A DNA stretch of 64,000 nt, taken from assembly GCA_024763505.1 (NCBI GenBank), contig JANTFI010000003.1:784-64783 (forward strand), written 5' to 3'. Positions 30,822 to 39,400 of the stretch are shown one piece after another. Source of the DNA: Gammaproteobacteria bacterium (GTDB lineage: Bacteria > Pseudomonadota > Gammaproteobacteria > GCA-001735895). Below the pieces are notes generated by a model. It searched no databases. It was not told where the DNA came from and saw only the letters and a program-made list of their open reading frames with translations. Position 1 is the first letter of the stretch. Every line of letters begins with the position of its first letter. A program made the translations under genes and the position numbers.

Positions 30822-32774
30822 ATGACCCACCCGTTTCGTACTCTGCTTATTTTTATCGCTGTTGTTTTGACCTCATCCGCAGTCACCGCGGATATCAATG
30901 TCGCTGATTATGCCCGCTTTGATGAGTTTGACGATGTTCGAATATCCCCGGATGGCAGCTATCTGGCGGCAGGCGTCAACGATGACAATGGCCAGCGCAG
31001 TGTAGTCATCATCGATTTGAAATCGCGCAAGGTTACCGCCAAATCCAGCTTTAGCAAACGAACCCGTCCCGGTGAGTTTTTCTGGGCCAACAAGACGCGA
31101 CTGATCATCGCACTCAATACCAATCTGGGCTATTACGATGACCCGATCCCGACCGGAGATCTGTATGCCGTCAATGCCGATGGCAAGCAGGCGGCCATGA
31201 TTTATGGCTACCGGGCAAATGCGCGCAAAAGTAAAAGAGTGCGAGCCGGCGCCACCTTGCTGAATGTTCTTAAAGATGACCCCAAGCATATCCTGATTAC
31301 TGTCATCCCATTCCCCAAAAACAAGGGCAGCCAGGTCCGGACGCAGGTAGATCGACTCAATATTTACAATGGGCGCAGTAAAAAGATAGCACTGACTCCC
31401 ATCCGTAATGGCAGTTTACTCACCGACCACAATCAGCAAGTCCGGATGGCTATTGGCCGAGACAGTAGCGGCGGTCAAAACCGGATCAAGGTGTATTATC
31501 GCAAAGACAATACTGCAAAATTTGAATTGCTGGATGAATATAACCGTTTCAATACAGGTCTGAGTTATCCATTACGTTTCACCCCCGACAATAAAAAAAT
31601 CTACATGCTGTCCAATATGGATGCGGATACCCTCGGACTGTACCTGCTCGACCCGGAATCCAACAAAAAGAAACTGGTTTCACTGCAGCCGGAAATGGAT
31701 GTTGATTTCAGTCTATTCGATAATGACAACCATTTGATTGCGGCTGCCTATTACGGCGATGATCTGACCTATGATTTTGCTGGTGACTCACCTTTGAAAA
31801 AGTCGATCAAGGGTCTGGTTAAGGCCTTCAAGGGTAGTCATCTGACCCCGTTGAATATCAGCTGGGATAACCGCTATATTGCCCTCAAGGTTTCAAATGA
31901 CCGCAATGCCGGGGATTTTTACCTGTATGACACAAAAACCCGCAAAGCCAACTTTCTGCTGGCTGCACGTGAGTGGCAGAATCCCGAACAGCTGAGACCG
32001 GTCAAACCGGTTCATTTCATCTCCAGTGATCAGGAAGAATTGTCAGGATATCTAACCTTGCCAAAGGGAAAAGGCCCCTATCCGCTGGTGGTCCACCCGC
32101 ATGGTGGACCTTTCGGAATACGCGATTACCGGGAATATGATTCCATTGTGCAATTACTGGCCATGTCTGGGTATGCCGTGTTGCAAGTCAACTTCCGAGG
32201 CTCGGGCGGCTATGGTAAGCGTTTTCAGAAACTGGGGTTGGGCGAATGGGGTGGAAAAATGCAACAGGATCTAACCGATGCTACGCACTGGGCGATCGAG
32301 CAGGGAATTACGTCCAGCGACCGGATTTGTATATTCGGTGGCTCATACGGCGGCTACGCCTCTCTAATGGGCGTTGTCAATGAACCGGATCTGTACCGCT
32401 GTGCTGTCGGCTATGCCGGTGTTTATGACCTCAACCTGATGTTTGAAGAAGGGGATATCAGCTGGCACTCAGCCGGTATCAATTACCTGGAGACGGCACT
32501 GGGCAAGGATGAAAAAGTACGCGCCGATCGTTCACCGGCCAACCATGCCGATACAATCAAGGCGGCTGTGTTTCTGGCTCATGGCGGCGAAGATGACCGC
32601 ACCCCGATCGAGCAATATGAAGCGATGGAATCTGCATTCAATAAAGCAGACAAGCCGTTTAAGTCACTGATTTTCGAACAGGAAGGACATGGCTTTTTCA
32701 AGCAGGAACATCGCGAACAGTTTTATTCGCAATTGCTTGATTTTCTGAATGAACATACAAGTATCAACAACTGA
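30822..32774 (+). CDS. S9 family (prolyl oligopeptidase / acylaminoacyl peptidase-like) serine peptidase, secreted
   Basis: 650 aa with a signal peptide, a beta-propeller-like N-terminal half, and a C-terminal alpha/beta hydrolase with GGSYGGY around the nucleophilic Ser, plus downstream Asp/His motifs. Confidence 0.8.
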   Translation: MTHPFRTLLIFIAVVLTSSAVTADINVADYARFDEFDDVRISPDGSYLAAGVNDDNGQRSVVIIDLKSRKVTAKSSFSKRTRPGEFFWANKTRLIIALNTNLGYYDDPIPTGDLYAVNADGKQAAMIYGYRANARKSKRVRAGATLLNVLKDDPKHILITVIPFPKNKGSQVRTQVDRLNIYNGRSKKIALTPIRNGSLLTDHNQQVRMAIGRDSSGGQNRIKVYYRKDNTAKFELLDEYNRFNTGLSYPLRFTPDNKKIYMLSNMDADTLGLYLLDPESNKKKLVSLQPEMDVDFSLFDNDNHLIAAAYYGDDLTYDFAGDSPLKKSIKGLVKAFKGSHLTPLNISWDNRYIALKVSNDRNAGDFYLYDTKTRKANFLLAAREWQNPEQLRPVKPVHFISSDQEELSGYLTLPKGKGPYPLVVHPHGGPFGIRDYREYDSIVQLLAMSGYAVLQVNFRGSGGYGKRFQKLGLGEWGGKMQQDLTDATHWAIEQGITSSDRICIFGGSYGGYASLMGVVNEPDLYRCAVGYAGVYDLNLMFEEGDISWHSAGINYLETALGKDEKVRADRSPANHADTIKAAVFLAHGGEDDRTPIEQYEAMESAFNKADKPFKSLIFEQEGHGFFKQEHREQFYSQLLDFLNEHTSINN

Positions 32775-32953
32775 CCTCAGCCGAATGTTGATGACCGCCG
32801 ACTGAGTGGGGCTAATAAACCACATCTGTTCAAGCTTCAGTCCCCCTTGCGTATTGCACACCGGACAGGCCGGCCCGATCAGGGCCGTCGGTAAATACGC
32901 CCTTTTACGGATAATTTTTTCCGTTCGTTAGTTTATTTCACTTTCATGCAGGC

Positions 32954-32986
32954 AAAAAAAAACCGCCCTGATGGACGGTTTTTTAT
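32954..32986. terminator. bidirectional intrinsic terminator between convergent genes
   Basis: A9-hairpin(AACCGCC/GGACGGTT)-T6, lying between the S9 peptidase stop (plus strand) and the stop of the 68-aa gene (minus strand). Confidence 0.5.
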
Positions 32987-33003
32987 TGAGATTCCGCTGA
33001 CTA

Positions 33004-33210
33004 CTACGGCTGTGAACCTTTTTCAGCATGCGCCATGTCGACCAGTTCCATGGCTTTTTCCATGTATTCCTGACGGTAACCATCCAGAACATCGCCCGAA
33101 GAAGGGGTGAAGTATTCTTTGGGGCTGAAGCCAGCTTCATGCTCGTGCTCGATGAATTTCTTCTGCATGTCGATCAGTTCTTGGATTCTTGCTGCTTTAT
33201 CGCTCATCAA
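33004..33210 (-). CDS. small hypothetical protein (68 aa, acidic)
   Basis: Strong SD (GAGGAAG) 5 nt before the ATG. Last gene of the minus-strand accessory cluster. No recognisable family. Confidence 0.4.
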   Translation of the reverse strand: MMSDKAARIQELIDMQKKFIEHEHEAGFSPKEYFTPSSGDVLDGYRQEYMEKAMELVDMAHAEKGSQP

Positions 33211-33341
33211 ATCTTCCTCTGCACAAAGTGCATCAAATCATGTGTAAAAATAAACTGGGCAGAAATATAAGCGATTCCGCCCGGCCCGTCACTATTCCTT
33301 AGGTGGTAGAGAGTCCGCGCAGTGACACTCCATCAGCAATA

Positions 33342-33662
33342 TCAATATCCTCCTTTACGGGTGCTTTGCGGACAACCACCAATCTTCAGACCCTGCTTGG
33401 AAGGCATCAGCGGAAACAGTTCGTACATTTCCTTGGACTTGACCTTGCGGCCCCATTTTTTGCCCATGGCTTTCATGATGCCGCGCTCGTTCGGCTCGTC
33501 GCCATTGAGGGTTTCTTCGCGCACATAGCGGACGATATCCCAGTGCAGGTCGGTCGGCTCGATGCCTTCTTCGGCAAATAATTCGGCCGCTATCTCTTCA
33601 TTCCAGTCATTCGCGTTGACCAGGTAACCTTTGTCTGTTCTTTCTACTGATTCAAGTGCCAT
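33342..33662 (-). CDS. DsrC/TusE-family paralog lacking the penultimate C-terminal cysteine
   Basis: 106 aa with YLVNANDWNEEIAAELFAEEGIEPTDLHWDIVRYVRE...MYELFP, aligning with bona fide DsrC (39401-39733). The C-terminus is ...GGCPQSTRKGGY, which keeps a Cys at -10 but has no Cys at -2. Confidence 0.7.
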   Translation of the reverse strand: MALESVERTDKGYLVNANDWNEEIAAELFAEEGIEPTDLHWDIVRYVREETLNGDEPNERGIMKAMGKKWGRKVKSKEMYELFPLMPSKQGLKIGGCPQSTRKGGY

Positions 33663-33779
33663 AATGTCTGCCTCGATTTCGTTGATTGGTCTATTGAAAA
33701 AATTCGGTGGCTACTTTTCCACAATTACCCTGAAATGTCCCTATTCCATTGGTTATATACAAATCTTGCCAACCTGTTT

Positions 33780-34472
33780 TTAGTTTTCCTGCTTTTTATT
33801 AACCGCATCAATGCCCTTATGAGGCATAAAAATTCCCATTCCCAGCAATTGCTTGTCGCCCAGACCTGCCTGCTGCAAATGTACCGACTGTTCGACTTCG
33901 AGATCACTGATCATCAGTTTACGCGTCAGAATCTCGCCGTTTTCGGTCTGGTGTTTCAAGAGTTTGCCACTCATCATCTTTTTGACCTGAATTCCCTGCT
34001 CCAGTAATTGTTTATGCACATTTTCCAGAAACTGCTGTTCATCGGTCGTGCCACCGGTATCGAGATAACGCGCAAAGATAGTGGTCAACTTGCTGAGTTT
34101 GCGGGTACGAAATGGTCCGACGGTGAGTGGGTAGCCTCCGATATCGAGCTTCATGCCGATCAGGGATTTGGCATCGGCAAAACGATGTTGCGGCAGACGA
34201 ATCGTCATTTTGGTGCGGTGCGATACGCATAATACTTCGGTTTCGGGATCTTCCGGACGCATCCAGCCATTGGCGGATTCGGCCACATGAATCTGATGAA
34301 TCGCAGCTTGCGGCTCATCTTTCATCCACGGTAAATGCTCTAGAATTTGTTCGGACAACGTATAACCGTGATCGAGCGGCAGGGTTTTACAGTCGATCTT
34401 GAATAAGAGATCTTGAACATCATCCGGCACTTGATAGGCCGTGCCTTCATCTTTGTCTTCTTGCCAGAACAT
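33780..34472 (-). CDS. Cas6-like RAMP-superfamily protein (orphan; no CRISPR array or other cas genes in the window)
   Basis: About 230 aa from the ATG at 34472, with a C-proximal glycine-rich loop GLGDKQLLGMGIF. This matches the Cas6 G-h-G-x5-G-h-G-h signature, and the loop position near the C-terminus fits Cas6 architecture. The track's 290-aa version starts at a GTG inside the upstream small ORF and is less likely. Confidence 0.35.
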   Translation of the reverse strand: MFWQEDKDEGTAYQVPDDVQDLLFKIDCKTLPLDHGYTLSEQILEHLPWMKDEPQAAIHQIHVAESANGWMRPEDPETEVLCVSHRTKMTIRLPQHRFADAKSLIGMKLDIGGYPLTVGPFRTRKLSKLTTIFARYLDTGGTTDEQQFLENVHKQLLEQGIQVKKMMSGKLLKHQTENGEILTRKLMISDLEVEQSVHLQQAGLGDKQLLGMGIFMPHKGIDAVNKKQEN

Positions 34473-34476
34473 GGGG

Positions 34477-34665
34477 TTATCGAACCGCTGTGAACACGGC
34501 TTCGAGCCGATCTTCCCAGTCGTGCGGCGTGTCGGAAAAAGGCGGCTTGATATCCATACGGAAAAATCGTTCGCCTGCAGCCGCACGTTGTTTGATGACG
34601 TCCTGTAAATCCTCGAAGGATTCGACATCGGGATTTTGCAGTAATACTTCACTCAGCCAGAGCAT
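34477..34665 (-). CDS. small hypothetical protein (62 aa)
   Basis: Good SD (GTGAGA-N5-ATG). The stop lies 4 nt before the Cas6-like ATG, and the start 14 nt after the TauD-like stop. No family recognised. Confidence 0.3.
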   Translation of the reverse strand: MLWLSEVLLQNPDVESFEDLQDVIKQRAAAGERFFRMDIKPPFSDTPHDWEDRLEAVFTAVR

Positions 34666-34678
34666 AAAATTCTCACTA

Positions 34679-35566
34679 TCAGGTTATTCGGTTGTAATAA
34701 CGCGCACGATAATAAACGCGCCGCTGTTCGGGGCCATCGTGAAACGCTGTCCGGGTATGCAATATATTGTTACATATTAATCCTTCACCGGATTTCAAGC
34801 GGTGACATATGCGATATGGAGAGTCAGACTGCAAAAATTCGGTCAGACAGGCCAGCGCTTCCCGCGTCAGGTTGTCTTGCGCCCAGATAATATTACGCTT
34901 GCGATTACTAAATCGCATGGCAAGTTGAGGGGCTTGACCGTCGCCGGCTTCATTCATGAAAACGGCACTGCAGGTTTGCGGACGAACCAGCACGCCGTTT
35001 TCAATATTCTCTGGTATGCACATCACCCCGGGTCGCGAGAAGGCCTCGATAAATTCCGGATTGTTTTGGCGTAAATGGATATACACCATTTCGGGGTCGA
35101 GCAATTCATTTTCACCGCCCGAAGCCGAGGGTGACTCACAATGCAATACAAAAGCCAGCACCCGCTGGTGCATCGGGTTGTAGTAGCCATCGGTATGCCA
35201 GCCGATCGCTTTGCTGGTGTAGGGTATATATATGTTGGAACGGCCGGACTCTGTCACCTTTAATCGGGTAACCCGATCTTCCGGTGCGCATAGAGTTTTA
35301 TCCAGCGCCTGCAAACCGACTTGCGCTCCGATCGAGCGCATCGCTGACAGATGATCAACAATAGAACCGGACATACGATACAAGGCGAAACCGTAATCTT
35401 GCACCTGTCGACGCATTTCAGACATTTGAGGCCCGGGGATGTGACCATCATTATCAATTTCAATCAGGCTTTGAAAGGCGTCGCTTGCACGGCGCTCATA
35501 AGCAGCCTTTTTCTCATCGACCCAGTGCCGAAAGGCTTTTTGATCTTGCAGGTCGAGATAACCCAT
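34679..35566 (-). CDS. TauD/TfdA-family Fe(II)/2-oxoglutarate-dependent dioxygenase
   Basis: 295 aa with WHTDGYY (a HxD iron ligand pair), a distal His in NNILHTRTAFHD and a downstream Arg cluster. These are consistent with the PF02668 fold. Confidence 0.55.
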   Translation of the reverse strand: MGYLDLQDQKAFRHWVDEKKAAYERRASDAFQSLIEIDNDGHIPGPQMSEMRRQVQDYGFALYRMSGSIVDHLSAMRSIGAQVGLQALDKTLCAPEDRVTRLKVTESGRSNIYIPYTSKAIGWHTDGYYNPMHQRVLAFVLHCESPSASGGENELLDPEMVYIHLRQNNPEFIEAFSRPGVMCIPENIENGVLVRPQTCSAVFMNEAGDGQAPQLAMRFSNRKRNIIWAQDNLTREALACLTEFLQSDSPYRICHRLKSGEGLICNNILHTRTAFHDGPEQRRVYYRARYYNRIT

Positions 35567-35727
35567 TAGTAGCCCTTAGTCGCAAGAAAGAATATTAGTA
35601 TGTGCTAAATAACGTTATAGAAGCGCATAACAATTTTGTATATCCCTATGGGGGTAACGATATAACCCCCTGCCCTCCCATCAGGCAAGTTTGCAAAGCA
35701 GGCAACTGGGTCTACACTGCTCCCATT

Positions 35728-35748
35728 CTTGTAATACTCTGTTACAAG
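35728..35748. promoter_or_regulatory. perfect inverted repeat CTTGTAA-N7-TTACAAG upstream of dsrA
   Basis: Read from the sequence 56-76 nt upstream of the dsrA ATG. The central TACTCTG resembles a NarL-type heptad. Confidence 0.35.
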
Positions 35749-35803
35749 ACCGATTAACGCATAACTTATAAGTTAACTAGAGTCTTAATAGGAGACTACA
35801 CAC

Positions 35804-37054
35804 ATGGCAAAGTATGATACTCCGATGCTTGATGAGCTGGAAAACGGCCCTTGGCCCAGCTTTATTTCAGGTTTCAAACGTTTACGTGATGATCACCCTG
35901 ACAAGCGCATCAATGAAACAGCCGGCAGCCTGCTTGGACAGCTGGAACATTCTTACGAAACTCGCAAAGGTTACTGGAAAGGCGGAACCGTTTCTGTATT
36001 CGGTTATGGTTCAGGCATCATTCCGCGTTTCTCTGAAGTAGGTGATGCATTCCCTGAATCCAAAGAGTTTCATACTGTTCGCGTTCAGCCACCTGCGGGT
36101 AACCACTACACCACTGACATGCTTCGCAAGTTGGCGAACAGCTGGGAAAAATACGGTTCAGGCCTGATCACTTTCCACGGCCAGACCGGTAATATCATGT
36201 TCATCGGTGTTGACACTGAAAACACCCAGCACTTCTTTGATGACATCAATGAATACGGTTGGGATCTCGGTGGAGCTGGCCCATGTGTACGTACCGGCAT
36301 GTCTTGCGTAGGTGCTTCACGTTGTGAGCAATCCTGCCTCGACGAGCAGAAAGTACACCGTACTCTGCAAAACAACTTCACTGATGATGTTCACCGTCCT
36401 GCCCTGCCTTACAAATTCAAGTTCAAGGTTTCCGGTTGTGGCAACGATTGCCAGAATGCGATCGAGCGTTCTGACTTCGCCGTGATCGGTACATGGCGCG
36501 ATGACATGAAAGTAAACCAGGAAGCATTCAAGGGCTACCTGCAAACCAAGGGCAAGGAATACATCCTCGAAAACGTCGTTAGCCGTTGCCCGACTCAGGC
36601 GCTGGCCATCAACGATGATGACACCCTGGCCGTCAACAACCGTAACTGTGTACGTTGCATGCACTGCCTGAATGTACTGCCGAAAGCGCTGTCTCCTGGA
36701 GACGACAAAGGTGCAACCATTTGTGTCGGCGGTAAGCGTACGCTGAAGATCGGTGACCTGATGGGTACCGTTATCGTTCCTTTCAAGAAGCTGGAAACTG
36801 AAGACGATTACGAAGAAGTCGTTGAACTGGCTGAAGAAATCATCGATTTCTGGGCTGAGAACGGTCTTGAGCACGAGCGTTGCGGCGAAATGGTCGAGCG
36901 TATCGGTCTGGCCAACTTCCTCGAGGGCATCGACGTACCGGTTGAACCGAACATGGTTAACAACCCGCGTCAAAGCTCCTATGTCCGCATGGACACCTGG
37001 GACGAAGAAGCCGAAAAATGGTTTGAGCGTAAAGCAGAAGCTGCCAACGCCTAA
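35804..37054 (+). CDS. dsrA: reverse dissimilatory sulfite reductase alpha subunit
   Basis: 416 aa, highly similar in pattern to oxidative-type DsrA (MAKYDTPMLDELENGPWPSFIS...). It has siroheme/[4Fe-4S] Cys motifs and a ferredoxin-like insert CPTQA...C..C..C. Confidence 0.95.
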   Translation: MAKYDTPMLDELENGPWPSFISGFKRLRDDHPDKRINETAGSLLGQLEHSYETRKGYWKGGTVSVFGYGSGIIPRFSEVGDAFPESKEFHTVRVQPPAGNHYTTDMLRKLANSWEKYGSGLITFHGQTGNIMFIGVDTENTQHFFDDINEYGWDLGGAGPCVRTGMSCVGASRCEQSCLDEQKVHRTLQNNFTDDVHRPALPYKFKFKVSGCGNDCQNAIERSDFAVIGTWRDDMKVNQEAFKGYLQTKGKEYILENVVSRCPTQALAINDDDTLAVNNRNCVRCMHCLNVLPKALSPGDDKGATICVGGKRTLKIGDLMGTVIVPFKKLETEDDYEEVVELAEEIIDFWAENGLEHERCGEMVERIGLANFLEGIDVPVEPNMVNNPRQSSYVRMDTWDEEAEKWFERKAEAANA

Positions 37055-37112
37055 GGCGTGGCAGTTCTCTTCAAGTTCAGTATTTCTTTAAATTTTAGTT
37101 ATAGGTAAAGAT

Positions 37113-38186
37113 ATGTCAGACGCTCCACGTCCACCTATTGAATCTGGTTGCCCAGACGGCTTCCAGTACATGCATCCGATGATGCGCAAGCACTACGGCA
37201 ACTGGGATTATCACGAAGATCCACAGCCAGGTGTTTTGAAGCACGTTACCAAAGACGGCGAAGCCTTGTACACCGTTCGCGCCGGTACCCAGCGTATCCT
37301 CGACGTTTACACACTGCGCCTGCTGTGTGATATCGGTGATGAGTTTGCCGATGGCCACGTTCATTTCACCATTCGTTCCAACATCGAATACATGGTGACA
37401 GATGAAGCCAAGGTTCAACCGTTGATCGAAAAGCTCGAATCCGAAGGCTTTGTCGTCGGTGGTACTCGTAACTCGGTTGCGATGATTTCTCACACTCAGG
37501 GTTGGTTGCACTGCGACATCCCCGGTACGGACGCCTCTGGCGTGGTCAAGTCCATGATGGATGAGTTGATTGGCGAATTCAAAAACTGGAACATGCCAAA
37601 CCGCGTTCACCTGACCACTTCCTGTTGTCAAATCAACTGTGGTGGACAAGGCGATATCGCGATCAATGTTCAGCACACCAAGCCACCGAAAATCAACCAC
37701 GACCTGGTCGCCAACGTTTGTGAGCGCCCTTCGGTTGTGGCACGTTGCCCGGTAGCTGCGATTCGTCCTGCGATGGTTGAAGGCAAGCCTTCTCTTGAAG
37801 TTGACGAAAAGAAATGTATCTGCTGTGGCGCATGCTTCCCGCCTTGCCCGCCGATGCAAATCAACGATGCAGAGCATTCAAAGCTCGCGATCTGGGTGGG
37901 TGGTAACCACTCCAACGCCCGTTCCAAGCCGACTTTCCAGAAACTGGTTGCGGCCGGCATCCCGAACAACCCGCCGCGTTGGCCTGAAGCGACTGCGATC
38001 GTCAAGAAAATTCTCAAGACTTATAAAGAAGACGCGAAGGATTGGGAACGTATCAATGACTGGATCGAGCGTATCGGCTGGCCGCGTTTCTTCGAACTGA
38101 CTGAACTGCCGTTCACCAAGTTCCACATCGATAACTGGCGTGGTGCTCGTAACAGCCTGAATGCATCGGCTCACATTCGTTTCTAA
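37113..38186 (+). CDS. dsrB: reverse dissimilatory sulfite reductase beta subunit
   Basis: 357 aa following dsrA, with Cys clusters (CCQINCGG, CPVAAIR, CICCGAC) typical of DsrB. Confidence 0.95.
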   Translation: MSDAPRPPIESGCPDGFQYMHPMMRKHYGNWDYHEDPQPGVLKHVTKDGEALYTVRAGTQRILDVYTLRLLCDIGDEFADGHVHFTIRSNIEYMVTDEAKVQPLIEKLESEGFVVGGTRNSVAMISHTQGWLHCDIPGTDASGVVKSMMDELIGEFKNWNMPNRVHLTTSCCQINCGGQGDIAINVQHTKPPKINHDLVANVCERPSVVARCPVAAIRPAMVEGKPSLEVDEKKCICCGACFPPCPPMQINDAEHSKLAIWVGGNHSNARSKPTFQKLVAAGIPNNPPRWPEATAIVKKILKTYKEDAKDWERINDWIERIGWPRFFELTELPFTKFHIDNWRGARNSLNASAHIRF

Positions 38187-38201
38187 ACCAATGAGGTTCA
38201 G

Positions 38202-38594
38202 ATGAAATTTGCTATTCAAATTAACGAAGGGCCGTTCACCCATCAGGCTGCTGATACCGCATATCAGTTCACCAAAGCCGCGCTGGCGAATGGGCACGAG
38301 ATTTTTCGCGTGTTCTTTTATCACGATGGTGTGAACAACGGAACTATGTATGGTGTACCGCCGATCGATGACCGCAATGTTCAGCAAATGTGGTCGGAAT
38401 TGGCTGAAGAGCATGATCTGGATCTCGTCGTCTGTGTTGCTGCGGCTCAACGCCGCGGCATCATGGATGAAGATGAGTCCAAGCGTCACGGCAAAGGTGC
38501 TGCCAACATCGCCCCTAAATTCCGCATCTCTGGTCTTGGCCAGTTGATTGAAGCCGGTATTCAGGCAGATCGTTTACTGGTTTTTGGTGATTAG
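38202..38594 (+). CDS. dsrE: sulfur relay protein DsrE
   Basis: 130 aa, near-identical in pattern to Allochromatium DsrE (MKFAIQINEGP...FRVFFYHDGVNN...VVCVAAAQRRGI...RISGLGQL). Confidence 0.9.
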   Translation: MKFAIQINEGPFTHQAADTAYQFTKAALANGHEIFRVFFYHDGVNNGTMYGVPPIDDRNVQQMWSELAEEHDLDLVVCVAAAQRRGIMDEDESKRHGKGAANIAPKFRISGLGQLIEAGIQADRLLVFGD

Positions 38595-38603
38595 GAGATA
38601 GGC

Positions 38604-39011
38604 ATGTCAGATACTAAAAAATTCGTATATATCAACAGAAAAGCGCCTTACGGCACGGTTTATGCGCTGGAGTCTCTCGAAGTTGTGCTGATTGGCGCCG
38701 CCTTCGAACAGGAAGTCCAGCTGGTATTTGTTGATGACGGTGTTTATCAGCTCACCAAAGGCCAGGATACTGATGGTATTGGAATGAAAAACTTTTCCAA
38801 GACTTATTCTGCGCTGGGTGATTATGACGTTAACCAGATCTATGTTGACGAGCAGTCTCTGAAAGACCGTGGCCTGACCATGGATGATCTGCAAGAACTG
38901 ACTTATGAAGACGAGGATGACGATTGGGCTGAAAAGAGCTCGATGAAACTGGTCAACCGTGAACAGTTAGCTGATTTGATCAGCGATGCTGACGTACTGT
39001 TAAATTTCTAG
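38604..39011 (+). CDS. dsrF: sulfur relay protein DsrF
   Basis: 135-aa DsrE/TusC-fold protein in the dsrEFH position. Confidence 0.85.
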   Translation: MSDTKKFVYINRKAPYGTVYALESLEVVLIGAAFEQEVQLVFVDDGVYQLTKGQDTDGIGMKNFSKTYSALGDYDVNQIYVDEQSLKDRGLTMDDLQELTYEDEDDDWAEKSSMKLVNREQLADLISDADVLLNF

Positions 39012-39022
39012 AGGTACTTACC

Positions 39023-39334
39023 ATGTCAACATTACATACGGTTAACAAGTCACCTTTCGACCGAAATTCACTGGACACTTGCCTTTCTGTCACCAAAGCC
39101 GATGCTACGGTTTTGATGATTGAAGACGGTGTTGCCGGTGCCATGCAAAACACCACGGCTTCCGCCGGTATCTCCGATGCCATGGCCAAAGGCGTTAAAT
39201 TTGCGGTACTGGGTGAAGATTTACGCGCTCGTGGTCTGCCTGCAGATCGAGTGATGGACGGCTTTTCCGTGGTGGATTATGCCGGTTTTGTACAACTTTC
39301 TGCTGACCATGACAATGTTCAGAGCTGGTTGTAG
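39023..39334 (+). CDS. dsrH: sulfur relay protein DsrH
   Basis: 103 aa, TusB/DsrH-like, in the dsrEFH position. Confidence 0.85.
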   Translation: MSTLHTVNKSPFDRNSLDTCLSVTKADATVLMIEDGVAGAMQNTTASAGISDAMAKGVKFAVLGEDLRARGLPADRVMDGFSVVDYAGFVQLSADHDNVQSWL

Positions 39335-39400
39335 TGATTGAATTAATATCGCAAGAATTAATTTGTAAAGCTTATTTATAAGCATTTTAGGAGAACTATT

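Noticed and set aside
34473-34652. 290-aa version of the Cas6-like ORF starting at 34652
   Set aside because: It starts on GTG inside the 62-aa ORF, which has a good SD of its own. The ATG at 34472, 4 nt after that ORF's stop, is preferred. This remains uncertain.
36317-37877. 218-aa and 253-aa minus-strand ORFs
   Set aside because: Antisense to dsrA and dsrB respectively. Spurious.
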